DNA of 64,000 nt from Eledone cirrhosa (taxonomy: Eukaryota): contig CAXHJY010001498.1 of NCBI GenBank assembly GCA_964016885.1, positions 35,907-99,906 on the forward strand, read 5' to 3'. Positions 15,482 to 29,082 of the stretch are shown one piece after another (the stretch's first letter is position 1; every line of letters begins with the position of its first letter). Under the pieces are notes generated by a model. That model did not search any database and was not told the DNA's origin. It saw only the letters and a program-made list of their open reading frames with translations. The position numbers were made by a program, and so were the translations under genes.

Positions 15482-15965
15482 AGGGAGTGTAACCCGTAGT
15501 TACTGTAGGTTCACCCAGGAGAGTACGAGATGTTTAGGTTCACATCAGTATCGAGGTGTACAGCTAAACAGAGTCTAATATAATATTACAAGGACGAATA
15601 TTTCTTGGTTGGTGACGCGCGTTTCGCTACAGATCAGCTCAAGGTTCGATCTGTATTGATCAGGCCCGACTCTGGAATCAAAAGCTCGTCGGACCTCTGT
15701 ACAAGTAATGAGAGAATATATATGTAAGTGAATCCTGGGTTCAAACGTGTGTAAGGTACTCAATACATTAGTAGAGTGTAAGCATCGTGTTTAATATAGA
15801 AGTGGCTTCTACAGAACTAGAACAGTTTCATTCAAAGATAAATCACTAGGAAAGTGATTTCTTTTAAATGGCGCAAATCCATCGGAGCATTTCATTCCAG
15901 AGTTGGGGCCGATCGATACAGGCCGAGCCTTGAGCTGATCAATCGCGAAACGTGCGTCACACCCC
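15479..15965 (-). mobile_element. Composite hammerhead-like element: family C 3' end, family B segment, inverted family C segment
   Basis: 15479-15560 matches the reverse complement of 42690-42772; 15611-15695 is inverted against 15880-15962; 15720-15853 is homologous to family B. Confidence 0.6.
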
Positions 15966-16180
15966 AATAAATGTAATGAAGATCTAACAACTCATCCGGG
16001 TTGATTTCATCCTTACGGGGGGGGGTCGATAAATAAAGTACGATCAATACTTAGCAAAACTTATTGGGATTATTGCCTCGTGCCAAAACTGGAAACAATT
16101 ATTATTATTATTATTATTACATATATATATAGGCAGATTTCGGTTGAAATGGCAAGAGCTCAGCCGTCGGGCCTCGACGC

Positions 16181-16218
<38 letters not shown>

Positions 16219-16334
16219 GTTATACGCATACATGACAACAAGGCCATGTATTGAGGTGGACATAAGTTTCTTTGTCTTGCAATGACTAACAAACTGGTTT
16301 TGAAGCAATCAGCTAAAAAGATGAAGTGATACAC

Positions 16335-17180
<846 letters not shown>

Positions 17181-17300
17181 TTCATACGCTCACACAGGTT
17201 TATACACACCCTCCACATTATATACATGTATACACATGAAGCAAACACAAAGAGTTACTTCACATTACACACCGAACTATATGCACTACACGCGCAAATA

Positions 17301-17343
<43 letters not shown>

Positions 17344-17827
17344 TACTCACACATATACACTCACGCCACACATACGTATACACTTCTATATACACACACA
17401 CCTATACACAAACATCTTCATATATATATATATACTACTCACTCATGCGTATGCATAGAATCACACCTATACACTCACAACACACATACGTATACACTTA
17501 TATACATTTATATATATACACACATATACATATATACACAGATTTCTGCATACACACACAGAGACACACGTATATACACATACATACAAGCAAACACCAA
17601 AAACAACATAAAGACAACTCAATAACAAAGAAGCAACATTGTATTGGAAGCATTAGAAAGGAAAGCGTTTACCTAGAAAGGGCGGGAATTTGGGGGCGGA
17701 GATCTAAAGGGCGTTCCTGTATAAGGGGAGACAATGCAAGAAAAATAATCTATTACAGAGAACTAGATCCGGTATTGAGGAAAGTGAAGACAAAATTGTT
17801 AAATAATTGAAAAGTTGTGGACAGGCG

Positions 17828-17909
<82 letters not shown>

Positions 17910-18276
17910 ATTTCAATAGTAAGCATATATATAATTAATAGAAAGCACAAACATATATATATATATATGCAAAAGCAAAATTTGTTATATTAGATATATA
18001 TATATATATAATAGTAAGCTCGAACATATACGTATGCTTTCGTAAGCATGTATATATACGTATATATATATATATATAATAGTAAGTGTATATATATATA
18101 TAAGACCAAACAGCTACAATATAACAATGGCTATTGATATTTTAGCTGTTGCGACTGGTTACTAAGACACGTCTATATATATACATAATATACGCATGCT
18201 CAGTTTACATAACATGGTGTATAGTCCAGCGTATAATTCCATAACGAATTATGTATGAGACCTCCTATACATATAT

Positions 18277-18323
<47 letters not shown>

Positions 18324-18371
18324 AATATATATATATAATATATATATATAATATATATAATGTATATATAT

Positions 18372-18402
<31 letters not shown>

Positions 18403-18726
18403 TGTATAACCGTTCGATAAAATGGCGTTGTTTGATATTTAGATCACTCTCTGAATACAGATTATTCCTCGATGTATTCAAATATGTATAACCCCTGTGT
18501 ACAAGTCTACAGTTCTATGTCTTTGCTTATCTACACAAATATGTATATAAGTTTGTATACGTGCGGTAGTGTGTGGTAGTGAATTCAATACACGCTTAAA
18601 TAAGAGAGAGTGAGAGGGGGAGAGAGAGAGAGAGAGGGGAAGAGAGAGTGAGAGAGAGAGAGAGAGAGAGAAATAAACACAAAGTTAGATAAATGGATAA
18701 TGATAGATAGATAGATAGATAGATAT

Positions 18727-18760
<34 letters not shown>

Positions 18761-18761
18761 G

Positions 18762-19264
18762 GATTTCTTTCTTTGCCACAAGGGCGCAAAAAGATGGGGA
18801 CAAATACAAATACATACATATAGTGAGGAGTTTACATACAGGCGTGTAAAGAAAACAAATTTATAACAATAATATTAAATTTAACAATCGAAATCCCCAA
18901 TAGGGGGGAGGCGTTACACATGGGTTGTATGTACACACCCCGAAAAAATGTACAACCCTCATCTACAGGAGCACGAAGAGTGAGCGCTCCCTTCCTCTCT
19001 TTCCTCACCCTACAGGTTTATATAGTGAGAAGGCCCAACCACTCGGGCCATCGTTGCCACATTCACCCACCTTTCGTAAACACTTGCTGGGGTGCAGCGC
19101 ATCTCTCTCCACTCTGATTCTTCTTCTGAAATGATATTTGAAGAAGCGAACCAGTTGTTCGCCGGAGACAAAGGTGTCTGACCGCAGCCCTTTCAGCCTC
19201 GTCCACCATATAGCCTCTTTCACCACAGCCATTACACAGAGGAAAACCGCCTCTCCTTCGTTTT

Positions 19265-19266
<2 letters not shown>
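18762..19266 (-). mobile_element. 5'-truncated Tx1/L1-clade non-LTR retrotransposon (ORF2 C-terminus plus 3' UTR) inserted in (GATA)n
   Basis: Peptide AVFLCVMAVVKEAIWWTRLKGLRSDTFVSGEQLVRFFKYHFRRRIRVER resembles the IW..R region at the end of L1/Tx1 ORF2; (GATA)n on both sides (18703-18760, 19265-19330). Confidence 0.65.
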
Positions 19267-19330
<64 letters not shown>

Positions 19331-19429
19331 CAGACACGAGTGATTGTGTGTGATATCGTTTGCGTGTCCAATAATTATTTGTTTGTATTTAAGCTTACTG
19401 ACTAATCAAAGTGGATTTATTGGGATTAA

Positions 19430-20630
19430 TATGACAACGATAACATCAAGAGTAACAACAACAACAACAACAACGAGGGTAGCAAAAAGGAAAACAACGA
19501 CACGAACCAAAATGATGACAAGATCAATGGCACCAATGGAAACAATGACAGCATCAACGATAGCAACAACACCAACAGCACCAACGATAGCAACAACATC
19601 ACAAACGATAGCAACAACAACAACACCAACGATAACAACAGCAGCACCAACGATAGCAGCAACAACAACACCAACGATAGCAACAACAACACCAACGATA
19701 ACAACAACACCAACCATAACAACAACACCAACGATAACAATAACAACAACACCAACGATAACAACAACAACAACAACACCAACGATAACAACAACATCAC
19801 CAACGATAGCAACAACAACACCAACGATAACAATAACAACAGCACCAACGATAACAATAACAACAACACCAACGATAGCAACAACAACAACAACACAAAC
19901 GATAGGAACAACAACAAGTACAACACCAACAACACCAACAACACAAACGATAGGAACAACAACAAGTACAACAACACCAACAACACCAACAACACAAACG
20001 ATAGGAACAACAACAACAACAAGTACAGCACCAACAACAACAACACCAACAACACCAACATGTACAACACCAACAACACCAACACGTACAACACCAGCAA
20101 TAGTAATATTAGCAATAACAACGAAAAATACTTTAGCCAAAACGAAAACGACCATCCTGCTGCTGTTGTTGTTGTTGTTGTTGTTATTATTATTAGTAGC
20201 GGTGATCCTCTTGCTATTGTTATTGTTGGTGTTGATGATGGTGGTGGTGGTGTGGTGTTAGTTTTGATGGTCGTGTTGATGGTGGTGGTGGTAGTGACGG
20301 GGGGGAGGAGTAGTGGTGTTGGTGGTGTAGTGGTGTTAGTGTTGATGGTAGTGTTGATGGTGGTGGTGGTAGTGACGGGGGGGGTAGTGGTAGTGGTGTT
20401 AGTGTCGGTGGTGGTGTTGGTAGTGGCGGTGGTGTTGGTAGTAGCGGTAGTGGTCGTAGTGATAGTGGTAGTGGCGGCGGTGGTGGTGATGTTAGTGATA
20501 GTGGCGGTGGTGATAGTGGTTGGTGGATGGTGGCGGTGGTGATAGTGGCGGCGGTGGTGGTAGTGGAGGTGGTGGTGGTGGTGGTGGCGGCGGTGGCCGT
20601 GGTGATGTTAGTGGCAGCGGCGGTGGTGGA
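19430..20630. repeat. (ACA/CAA)n then (GGT/GTT)n trinucleotide low-complexity tract
   Basis: Direct inspection; source of Thr-rich and Val-rich ORFs. Confidence 0.9.
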
Positions 20631-21507
20631 ATGGCCTCATTACACCCATTTCATCCTTCTTATGGTCATTATCGTTATCAATAATGTCGACCATATTATA
20701 TAGTTCCAGTATTGCTCCACTTACTGTAAAGGTTACAAACCAAAGTTGACCTCGACAGGATTTGAACTCACATCACAAAAACATTTCATGAGATGTTGAG
20801 ACGTTTATCTTTAATAAAGTTCCTACTTAACACATTAGCGACATAAATAGTTAACTGAAAATGGCGCCGATCTGAAACCGAAACCTTTGCGCTAGATAAC
20901 ACTAATATTATCTTGTAAACTTTATTGTTTTATTTCAGCTATATGATATCCTAATATTATCGGTGTGGTTATAAAGATACTCTTATCATCAATTAAAATA
21001 TTCTTTATCTGTCTTTCGTAATTCGGAACAAAGAAATGTCTTTACGGTAAGGACACACGAGATGTTGTGAACAGTATACCGTTCTCACGTTACAAAATAT
21101 ATTTTCGTTTCCGTTGAACTCTGCTCATAATTGTTATCGCTGCGTCGTAATAAAAATGGCGTTATTAGTGGACTCGCCTTCTGTCTGTCTCTCTGTCTGT
21201 CTGTCCATCTATCAGTCTATCTATCTCTTCTATTCAATCTCTCTCTCTTTCTCTCTCGCTATCTTTAAATGTCAATCGTTCGTCGCTGTAATTTTCGCCA
21301 TAATAGTTCCTTATCTCTAGTAGTTTTTTTTTTTTTTTTTTGTTTGCTTTACTTTTGTTTTTCTTCTTCCAACAAAAACTTTATTAATAAATAACAGAAT
21401 TGTTTTCAAGAAAAACTGGAGTTGGGAATGATGTTTGTCTATAAAGTTTATATTAAATTATATAGCAAAATAAATGAATGTATAAGGCCACGAAATATAC
21501 ACACGCC

Positions 21508-21563
<56 letters not shown>

Positions 21564-21650
21564 CTGTGTGTTTAGAATGTGGCGAGCGAAGAATTGAAAT
21601 AAAAAGAGTCAATTTTATGGCGAAACTGCTATTTCTATTTCAAATCTAAT

Positions 21651-21685
<35 letters not shown>

Positions 21686-21829
21686 TGTGTGTATAAAAGT
21701 CAAGACCCTAGAAATCATTCGCTTAACGAGAGGGGTGAGGGGCAAATGGGACCGAGGAAACAATGTTTCCATTAGTCTTTCTAATTGCTAATGCTATCTA
21801 TTGATCGCAACTCCAGGCAGAAGGAGTAA

Positions 21830-21933
21830 CGTGAAATAAAGTGACTTGCTCAAGAACATAACGCATCACCCAGTCCGGGAATCGAACTCACGACCTCACG
21901 ATTGCGAATCCAATTCTCTAACCACTTAGCCAC
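21830..21933 (-). mobile_element. tRNA-derived SINE head, second family
   Basis: Reverse complement gives GTGGCTAAGTGGTTAG (A-box), GAGTTCGATTCC (B-box), TTCTTGAGCAAGTCAC. Confidence 0.7.
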
Positions 21934-22214
21934 TTCCCATTCCTTCTATGCTCGCCTTCATAATCACCATCATCATCATCATCATCATCAATCATTTATA
22001 CCAATCTTATTATCCTCGTCATCCTCATTATGAACATCTTGTCGCCATCTTGACATGACATCCCTCCCACGACATGATGAGTTCCTTGTTAGCCAGTACT
22101 AACAAGGGGACTACACAGAGATAAACTTTACTCCACCGCTGTATAGTGATACGCCCCCATATATACACATATACATACACACAAATATATATATATATAG
22201 ATATATATTCACAC

Positions 22215-22259
<45 letters not shown>

Positions 22260-23149
22260 TACACATATATATATATATATATACTTACACACAAATATAT
22301 ATATACACATATACATACACTTATACATACATACATATATATATACATATTCATACACACACATATACATACAAACACATATACATACATATACATACAC
22401 ATATACATACACACACATATATATATAAACACATTCATACACACACATATACATACATATATATACACATATTCATACACACACATATATATACACATAT
22501 CCATACACACACATATATTCATCTACATACATATATACATACATATATATATACACATATTCATACACACACATGTACATACATATATATATACACATAT
22601 TCATACACATATACATACATATATATACACATTCATACACACATATAGATACACTTATACATACATATATATATATACACATATTCATACACACATATAG
22701 ATGCACTTATACATACATATATATATATACACATATCCATACACACATATAGATACACTTATATATACACATATCCATACACACACATATATTCATCTAC
22801 ATACACACACCCTCATGCACTTCCATCTCATGTCACCATATCTGATAACCGAAGCATCTCACTCGTATCAATTAAACGACTCTTTCTCATCCCCCTCCTC
22901 ACCCTCTTCCTCCTCTACCCTCCACCCCACCCCCACTTATCTTCTAACCCCCCACCCCACCCTCCTCCTCTTCCCACACCCCATCTCCTCTGCTCTTCAT
23001 GTTGCTACTCCTTCCAAAACAAGTAGAAAACGGTGGCAAGATTCTCAGAAAACTTGGAGTTAAAATATTTGTTTCTGATTTCGGCACAAGGGCAACAATT
23101 TTTGAGGAAGGAGAAAGTCGATTAAATCTACCCCAGTGTGTTAAACCAA

Positions 23150-23539
23150 ACCCCAGAAATCAGCACCTGCTGGAGCAACATGGCCCCCATCAACACATCA
23201 AATTCATGTTGATGTTAGGATGGAAGAGCAGCCAAATAATTGACATTCTGGAGCAAGTTTATGGAGACATTAACCCCAAGAATTCAACAAACTACAAACG
23301 GATAAGTCGTTTTAGAAGTGGAAGAGATGAGGTTGAAGATGTAAAAAAAGGCTGCTTTGACATTGTTTAAATCGCATGGCCCCCAGTTTTTGACACAGAT
23401 GAACTTAAAAGCTGGTATCAAAGCTTGGAGACGTGCATTGACCTTGATGGAGCATATGTTGAACAAAAAAAACATCATCACTTAAACCATTTTTTTTCCA
23501 ACTCTCCTTTTTCCAAGAACATTTTGAATTACCTTTGTA
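23150..23539 (+). pseudogene. Internally deleted mariner transposon (Hsmar2/irritans-like transposase remnant)
   Basis: N-terminal HTH IKFMLMLGWKSSQIIDILEQVYGD...RFRSGRDEVED joined directly to frameshifted C-terminus AALTLFKSHGPQF / WYQSLETCIDLDGAYVEQK; degenerate right TIR TTTTCCAAGAACATTTTGAATTACCTTTG followed by TA. Confidence 0.85.
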
Positions 23540-24467
23540 TACTGACTATTGTCAGGGTGTGTGTAGAGTTACACCCGCGTACTGGACCTAATCTAACACA
23601 ATATTAAACATACATAGCATAAACTTTAGGCTATTTCTATACATAATACAGATTGCAAATTAGAAACGATATGAATTGACATGCATAAATAATGTGAATT
23701 TCTAATATTCTATAAATTGTATATATTGCAAACTAAAACAAGAATGTTATCTTTCGCATAAATTTTAAAAATTAATCGTTAACAGCCCTGCGGCTATCGA
23801 CCTAAACCAAACCTTGTTTCTCTGTGTGTATTATTAGATTTGAAAAGGAATTAAGTCCCGATTATGTTGTAATACTGTAGTAACAGAATTGCTATTATAT
23901 AGAAAATCAATTTTTAGATAATGAATTTCCAACGAATTCATACATAAAATTTCTCACCAAGAAAATGTACACAGGGTGTTTGTTGGCATAAATTTGTTTA
24001 CCCGTAGGTCCTTATATTTTCGTCTTTCTCTAATCTCTATCTCTTTCTTTCTCCTGCTTTCTTTCTCATCCTTTCCATCCCTTTATAAACCGGCGCTATC
24101 TTCCGCCCCAGTGCCATATCATTCATGATACAAATAGCTGTAGGGCTAAGCAGTGTTATCTCAAAACAACTGCCACGATGCTTCCTAGTAGGAAATTGAA
24201 AAAAAATTTAAAAAACATTGGTCTCTCCGCCGCCTATATGGTCCGCCATTATATTTATGAGTGAAATGAAAACTTAGGACGATCTTTTTTGTCACCGTAA
24301 CGTTCACGTAGAATACATTGTGCTATTTGTACTTTATATATCACGTGCTATTTGTACTTTATATATCACGTGCTATTTGTACTTTATATATCGACCCAAG
24401 AAATGAAGAATGACAAAGTAGTCCCCGGTATGTAATCCTATATCACAATTACCAATTCCCTTATATA

Positions 24468-24570
24468 TACAAGTACAATTCCGTTATAACGAATACCATT
24501 ATAACGAATTTTTCAGTATTACGAATTTTTTCATACCCCGTGAATGTCGTTATAACGGAATTTGACTATA
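24468..24570. mobile_element. Tigger/pogo-type MITE
   Basis: Terminal inverted repeats AATTCCGTTATAACGA / TCGTTATAACGGAATT with TA flanks. Confidence 0.7.
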
Positions 24571-24584
24571 TATATACTGTATAT

Positions 24585-24780
24585 ATAATCCGTGAGTTCC
24601 GAGTTCAATCGCAGGTAACCACAATAAGTAAGGTAATCAATACATTAGTAGAGCGTATACAACAAATTTCATATAGAAATAGCCCTTACAAGATTAGAAC
24701 TGTTTCATTCGAAGGAAATCACCAGGAAAGCCATCTGACATTGTGATAAAGTGCACTTCTAATCCTGCAGAAGCTATTTG
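24585..24780 (-). mobile_element. Family B element with degenerate hammerhead core (CTGGTGA) and short inversion
   Basis: Homologous to 2582-2712; minus CTGGTGA-TTTC.CTTC.GAAT-GAAAC-AGTTCTAATCTT-GTA; 24757-24778 is inverted. Confidence 0.65.
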
Positions 24781-24828
<48 letters not shown>

Positions 24829-24834
<6 letters not shown>

Positions 24835-25166
24835 GTGAGGTTTTTTTTTACAAAATGAAAAATAACCGAGGTGTCCTACACGAGTGAAAGTATAAAGAAA
24901 AAAAGATGAAATCGAAAATGCAACTAGAGTCTTATTATTTTTAAAATATATATATTTATTTGGTTCCTTTACCGGTTTCGCAGTTCTTCTGCTTTTCAAA
25001 AGTAGAGTTGAGATGGAGGGTCTGTGAGAAAAACTACAGACCCTCCATCTGAACTTTACTTTTGAAAAGCAGAACTGCGAAACCGGTAAAGGAACCAAAT
25101 AAATATATATATATTTTTTTAAATAAGACTCCAGTTGCATTTTCGATTTCATCTTTTTTCCTTATA
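24829..25166. mobile_element. Fold-back element with ~135-bp arms between (TA)n tracts
   Basis: Arms 24891-25025 and 25036-25166, slightly diverged. Confidence 0.8.
24965..25005 (-). ncRNA. Hammerhead ribozyme motif, U3-A8 core variant (mirror copy at 25056-25095, +)
   Basis: CTT-TTGAAAA-GCAG.AAGAA.CTGC-GAAAC-CG-GTA^AAG; palindromic stem III ACCGGT. Confidence 0.65.
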
Positions 25167-25189
25167 TATATGTTATATATGACTTTTTC

Positions 25190-25284
<95 letters not shown>

Positions 25285-25345
25285 ATGTGACTGCCATGAC
25301 TGAATTTTAACCATCTACATAGTCAAGGAATGTCAAGCATCATCT

Positions 25346-25412
25346 TATTTTATCTGATGAGGACGTACTGCTGAAGAAAGCTCAGTACCTCTGAAATATG
25401 TATAATAAAATA
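25346..25412 (+). ncRNA. Type I hammerhead ribozyme motif (AUA site)
   Basis: TATTTTAT-CTGATGA-GGAC.GTACTG...CAGTAC.CTCT-GAAA-TATGT-ATA^ATAAAATA; perfect 8-bp stem I. Confidence 0.75.
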
Positions 25413-25563
25413 TACTTGATCACACGAATGTCTATATTTGTTAATATTTTGAATTAATATTAATAACTCCGGAAAACCATTCTTGTCGCGTGCTTCTAAT
25501 CTATTGTAAAACTTCATTCATTGATTTATTCATTGAACCTTGTTTAACCTTTAAATATATATG

Positions 25564-25610
<47 letters not shown>

Positions 25611-25631
25611 ATCATACACACCCGTGTATAT

Positions 25632-25690
<59 letters not shown>

Positions 25691-26244
25691 TGTGTGTGTG
25701 TGAGTGTTGTTTCGTATGTGTCTGTGTGCGCACGTGCTTATTTTATAATCGTTGATTCTACTTAAGTATACTAAACATGAACTTCATAAAGGATTAATTA
25801 TTGATTGAAGAGTTCCAACAATATATCTATTAATACAGATCTGGGGCGGGCGAGGGGAGCATTTGCAACCAGGTTGCCAGAATTATTAGGGCCTCGCGCC
25901 AAATGCTACCAGGCATCTAGTTAGGGTCCTTTCTTTAGGTTCTGAGTTGAAATCTCGCCGAGGCCAACTTTACCTTTTATCCTTCCCAGTTCAATAAAAT
26001 AAAATATCGATTAATAGCCTGGGGTTCAAGGGACCCCAGATTTTTAATAAGCTGCCAAAAAAATCTGAGAGCAGCAGCAACAAACTCCCTTTTGCATCAA
26101 TGGCCAGCCAGGGAAAGCTGGCTATAGAAAGTGTAGCAACGGTGGTGGTGCCTTAGCATGGCCTCAGTCCCTCGAGTGACCTCTGGTCAAAAGCATTCTA
26201 GCAGTGACTGAACCATGTTTTTTTTCTTTTTCACACAGAAAGCC

Positions 26245-26290
26245 AAACGGGCCACATGCTGCTTCCGGGCCGTAGTTTTCCCATGTCTGG
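26245..26290 (+). mobile_element. Probable hAT-type MITE right end fragment
   Basis: CGGGCCACATG...CGGGCCGTAGTTTTCCCATGTCTG resembles hAT/Charlie-type non-autonomous termini. Confidence 0.35.
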
Positions 26291-26954
26291 TTTAGACCTA
26301 CAATTTAATCGTTCGATGAATAATTATTAAAGAAATATACGCGAACTATCGTTCAATGACACTAAAGTAATTTGATTCAAAGTCATTATAAACGATAATT
26401 TATGTGTTTTACTAAAACCACAATTCGAATAATTTACAACAGCTGTTCTGAACGACAGTTAATCAAGAGAAATTTAAATTAGCCAGCAACAGAAAAGTAT
26501 TATTTTTAAATTGCATCGTTGATTATAGAGTAAAATGTTACGTGTGGATATTAGCTTTAGTTTTAAATGTCAAATAGTTAACGTTAACAAATTCTATACA
26601 TATATATAGAGAGACAAAGCAGGCTTTGTTTATAAATCAGCGAACGAAGTTTGAATTAAGGTAGAATCATTTGCTTACACCGTATTTGACTAAATAAAAT
26701 TAGTCTGCTAGTGGGGATTTAAAGAACCCTCTCAATGGAAAAAAGATGAGTATTGACGAACATGGGAAGCGAACCCATATCTTTGGTTTGCCGGACCGCT
26801 GTGTTACCATTACAAATTCTCTACAGTAAAAAATTACAAGGAACCTACTTAGAGGGAAAAATAATAGATGTATTCTTAGTGAGAAGAATTTATATTAATG
26901 GGACCCAGGACGAAGTGCTTTGACCACTTATTTGCCCAACGATATGAATAATAT

Positions 26955-27491
26955 TTGTTTCTACTTTAGGCACAAGGCCAGCAATTTGAAGGGGAGGGGA
27001 AAGTCGATTAAATCAACCCCAGTGCATTACTGGTACTTTATGTTATCGACCCCGTAAGGATGAAAGGCAAAGCTAACCTAATATGAATAATAATGTGAAG
27101 AAAATAAAGATACAATAAAAATAATAATTGTTTCTACTTTTGGCACAAGGCCAGCAATCACCCAGTACATTACTGGTACTTTATTTTATCGACCCCTAAG
27201 GATGAAAGGCAAAGTTAACCTCGGCGGGATTTGAACTCAGAATGGCAAGGGCCGTAACTCTATCGATACTGCCAATCCACCGCCATGATAAAAATAAAAA
27301 TAATAATTGTTTCTACTTTTGGCACAAGGCCAGCAATCCACCAGTACATTACTGGTACTTTATTTTATCAACCCCGTAAGGATGAAAGGCAAAGTCAACC
27401 TCGGCGGGATTTGAACTCAGATCGTAAAGGGTCATAACTCTTTGCGTCAAAGAATGGCGTCCGAGCCTCTACTGATACTGCCAATCCACCG
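26955..27491 (-). mobile_element. Three tandem SINE copies (one 3' part, two near full length)
   Basis: GTTTCTACTTT(A/T)GGCACAAGGCCAGCAAT starts near 26957, 27130 and 27309. Confidence 0.85.
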
Positions 27492-27507
27492 AGTGCTTGA
27501 GATATTA

Positions 27508-27790
27508 AGGTGAGGAGTTCGATCCCCGAAAGTTGTGTCCTTGAGCAAGACACTTTATTTTACGATGCTCCAGTTCATGCAGCTGGTAAAAATGGTTAAT
27601 ACTTGTAAATCCAAGATCACGTTTTGTCACACACTGTACTACGTTGAATCTCCCCGAGAATTTTCGTGCGCGTTTGATTGATAACTGTAAATCCAAGATC
27701 ACGTTTTGTCACACACTGTGTCATTTTGAATCACCCTGAGAATTACATTAAAACTACACGTGTTTATGGGATACTCAGCCCACATGAGCA
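27508..27790 (+). mobile_element. SINE of the second family with an internal duplication
   Basis: B-box GAGTTCGATCCC then GTGTCCTTGAGCAAGACAC; TGTAAATCCAAGATCACGTTTTGTCACACACTG occurs twice. Confidence 0.6.
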
Positions 27791-28435
27791 GACCGTTATG
27801 TTGCCCAAACGATGGGCACACTCGTCGTTTTGGGGATAACAAAAAAAAAGATAGACAGAGAGCGAGGGAGGGAGGACTGGTGAGGAAAGCGAGGGAGGGA
27901 ACACTGATGAGGAAAGCGAGGGAGGGAACACTGATGAGGAAAGAAGAGAAATGATACTCTGTTAAGCCTATCATTACCTATATATCGTCTGGTGTTTACA
28001 TGAGGGCGTTCATGCCTCACCTACTACCACCAGGAAGAAGGAGGGAGAGACAAGGAGATGGAGTGGGCTGCCTGGGTAGCTACTTTCTTCTTTTTTCCCT
28101 TTTTTTTTTTTTTGTTCCTTTTCAGGCGTGAAACTACGAGAGAAGTGCTTCAACAGTCGTAGTAGAAGAGTGGTGGTGGTGGGAGTCAATGGTAGGTGGA
28201 GGGTAGTTACGGGAACGGGTGGAGCGTAGAGTAGGGTGTAAGATGTGGAGGAGGTGGAGAAGGAAGTGGATGAGAAGGGAAAGAGGTAGAGGGGGAGGGG
28301 GGATGATAGTATTTTGTACAAAAAAAGTTTGTTACGGCGTTCTTGTTAAACACGAACCATTCTCTTAAAAATACACATGAAGAAAGTAACACAAAAATCG
28401 TATGTATATGAGTATATATATATATATATATATAG

Positions 28436-28986
28436 TTATACTTGGGGAGGGTCATATTTGTGTAATATTGCCAGAATTAATAACAGAACACACTCACTGT
28501 TTCGTTGGTTTTCGCTTCTCGCTGTCTTTTATATCGGTAATCTAACTAACTCGGTCCTCAATGTTGCCATTGACTGACCGACGGTCAAAAATAATACAAA
28601 TACAATATAGACACAAACACATATATATAGTTTATCATAAATCTTTCGTTGCACATCTGCAACATCGTCAGTGGTGTTATATTTTCCTCCTCACCAAACA
28701 GTGAGTGTGTTCTGTTATTAACAACACAACAGGAGGAAAATATAACACCACTGACGAAGTTGCAGATGTGCAACGAAAGATTTATGATAAACTATATATA
28801 TGTGTTTGTGTCTATACTGTATCTGTATTATTTTTGACCGTCGGTCAGTCAATAGCAACATTGAGGACCGAGTAAGTTAGATTACCGATATAAAAGACAG
28901 CGAGAAGCGAAAACCAACGAAACAGTGAGTGTGTTCTGTTATTAATTCTGGCAATATTACACAAATATGACCCTTCCCGAGTATAA
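28436..28986. mobile_element. Fold-back element with ~256-bp arms and a hammerhead core in each arm
   Basis: Arms 28436-28691 and 28731-28986; CTGACGA-A-GTTGCA.GATG.TGCAAC-GAAA at 28751-28778 (+), mirrored at 28644-28671 (-). Confidence 0.8.
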
Positions 28987-29046
28987 CAATATTTGTTTCG
29001 ACACACGATTTCATATAAAAAACCTCGCAAAACTAATTCATCGCCG

Positions 29047-29082
<36 letters not shown>

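Noticed and set aside
19344-20261. 305-aa Thr/Pro-rich mucin-like ORF with hydrophobic end
   Set aside because: Built from (ACA)n then (GTT)n repeats with overlapping antisense ORFs; no non-repetitive domain.
27860-27945. CTGATGA-G-GAAA in a 27-bp triple repeat
   Set aside because: No stem II or flanking stems; purine-rich chance match.
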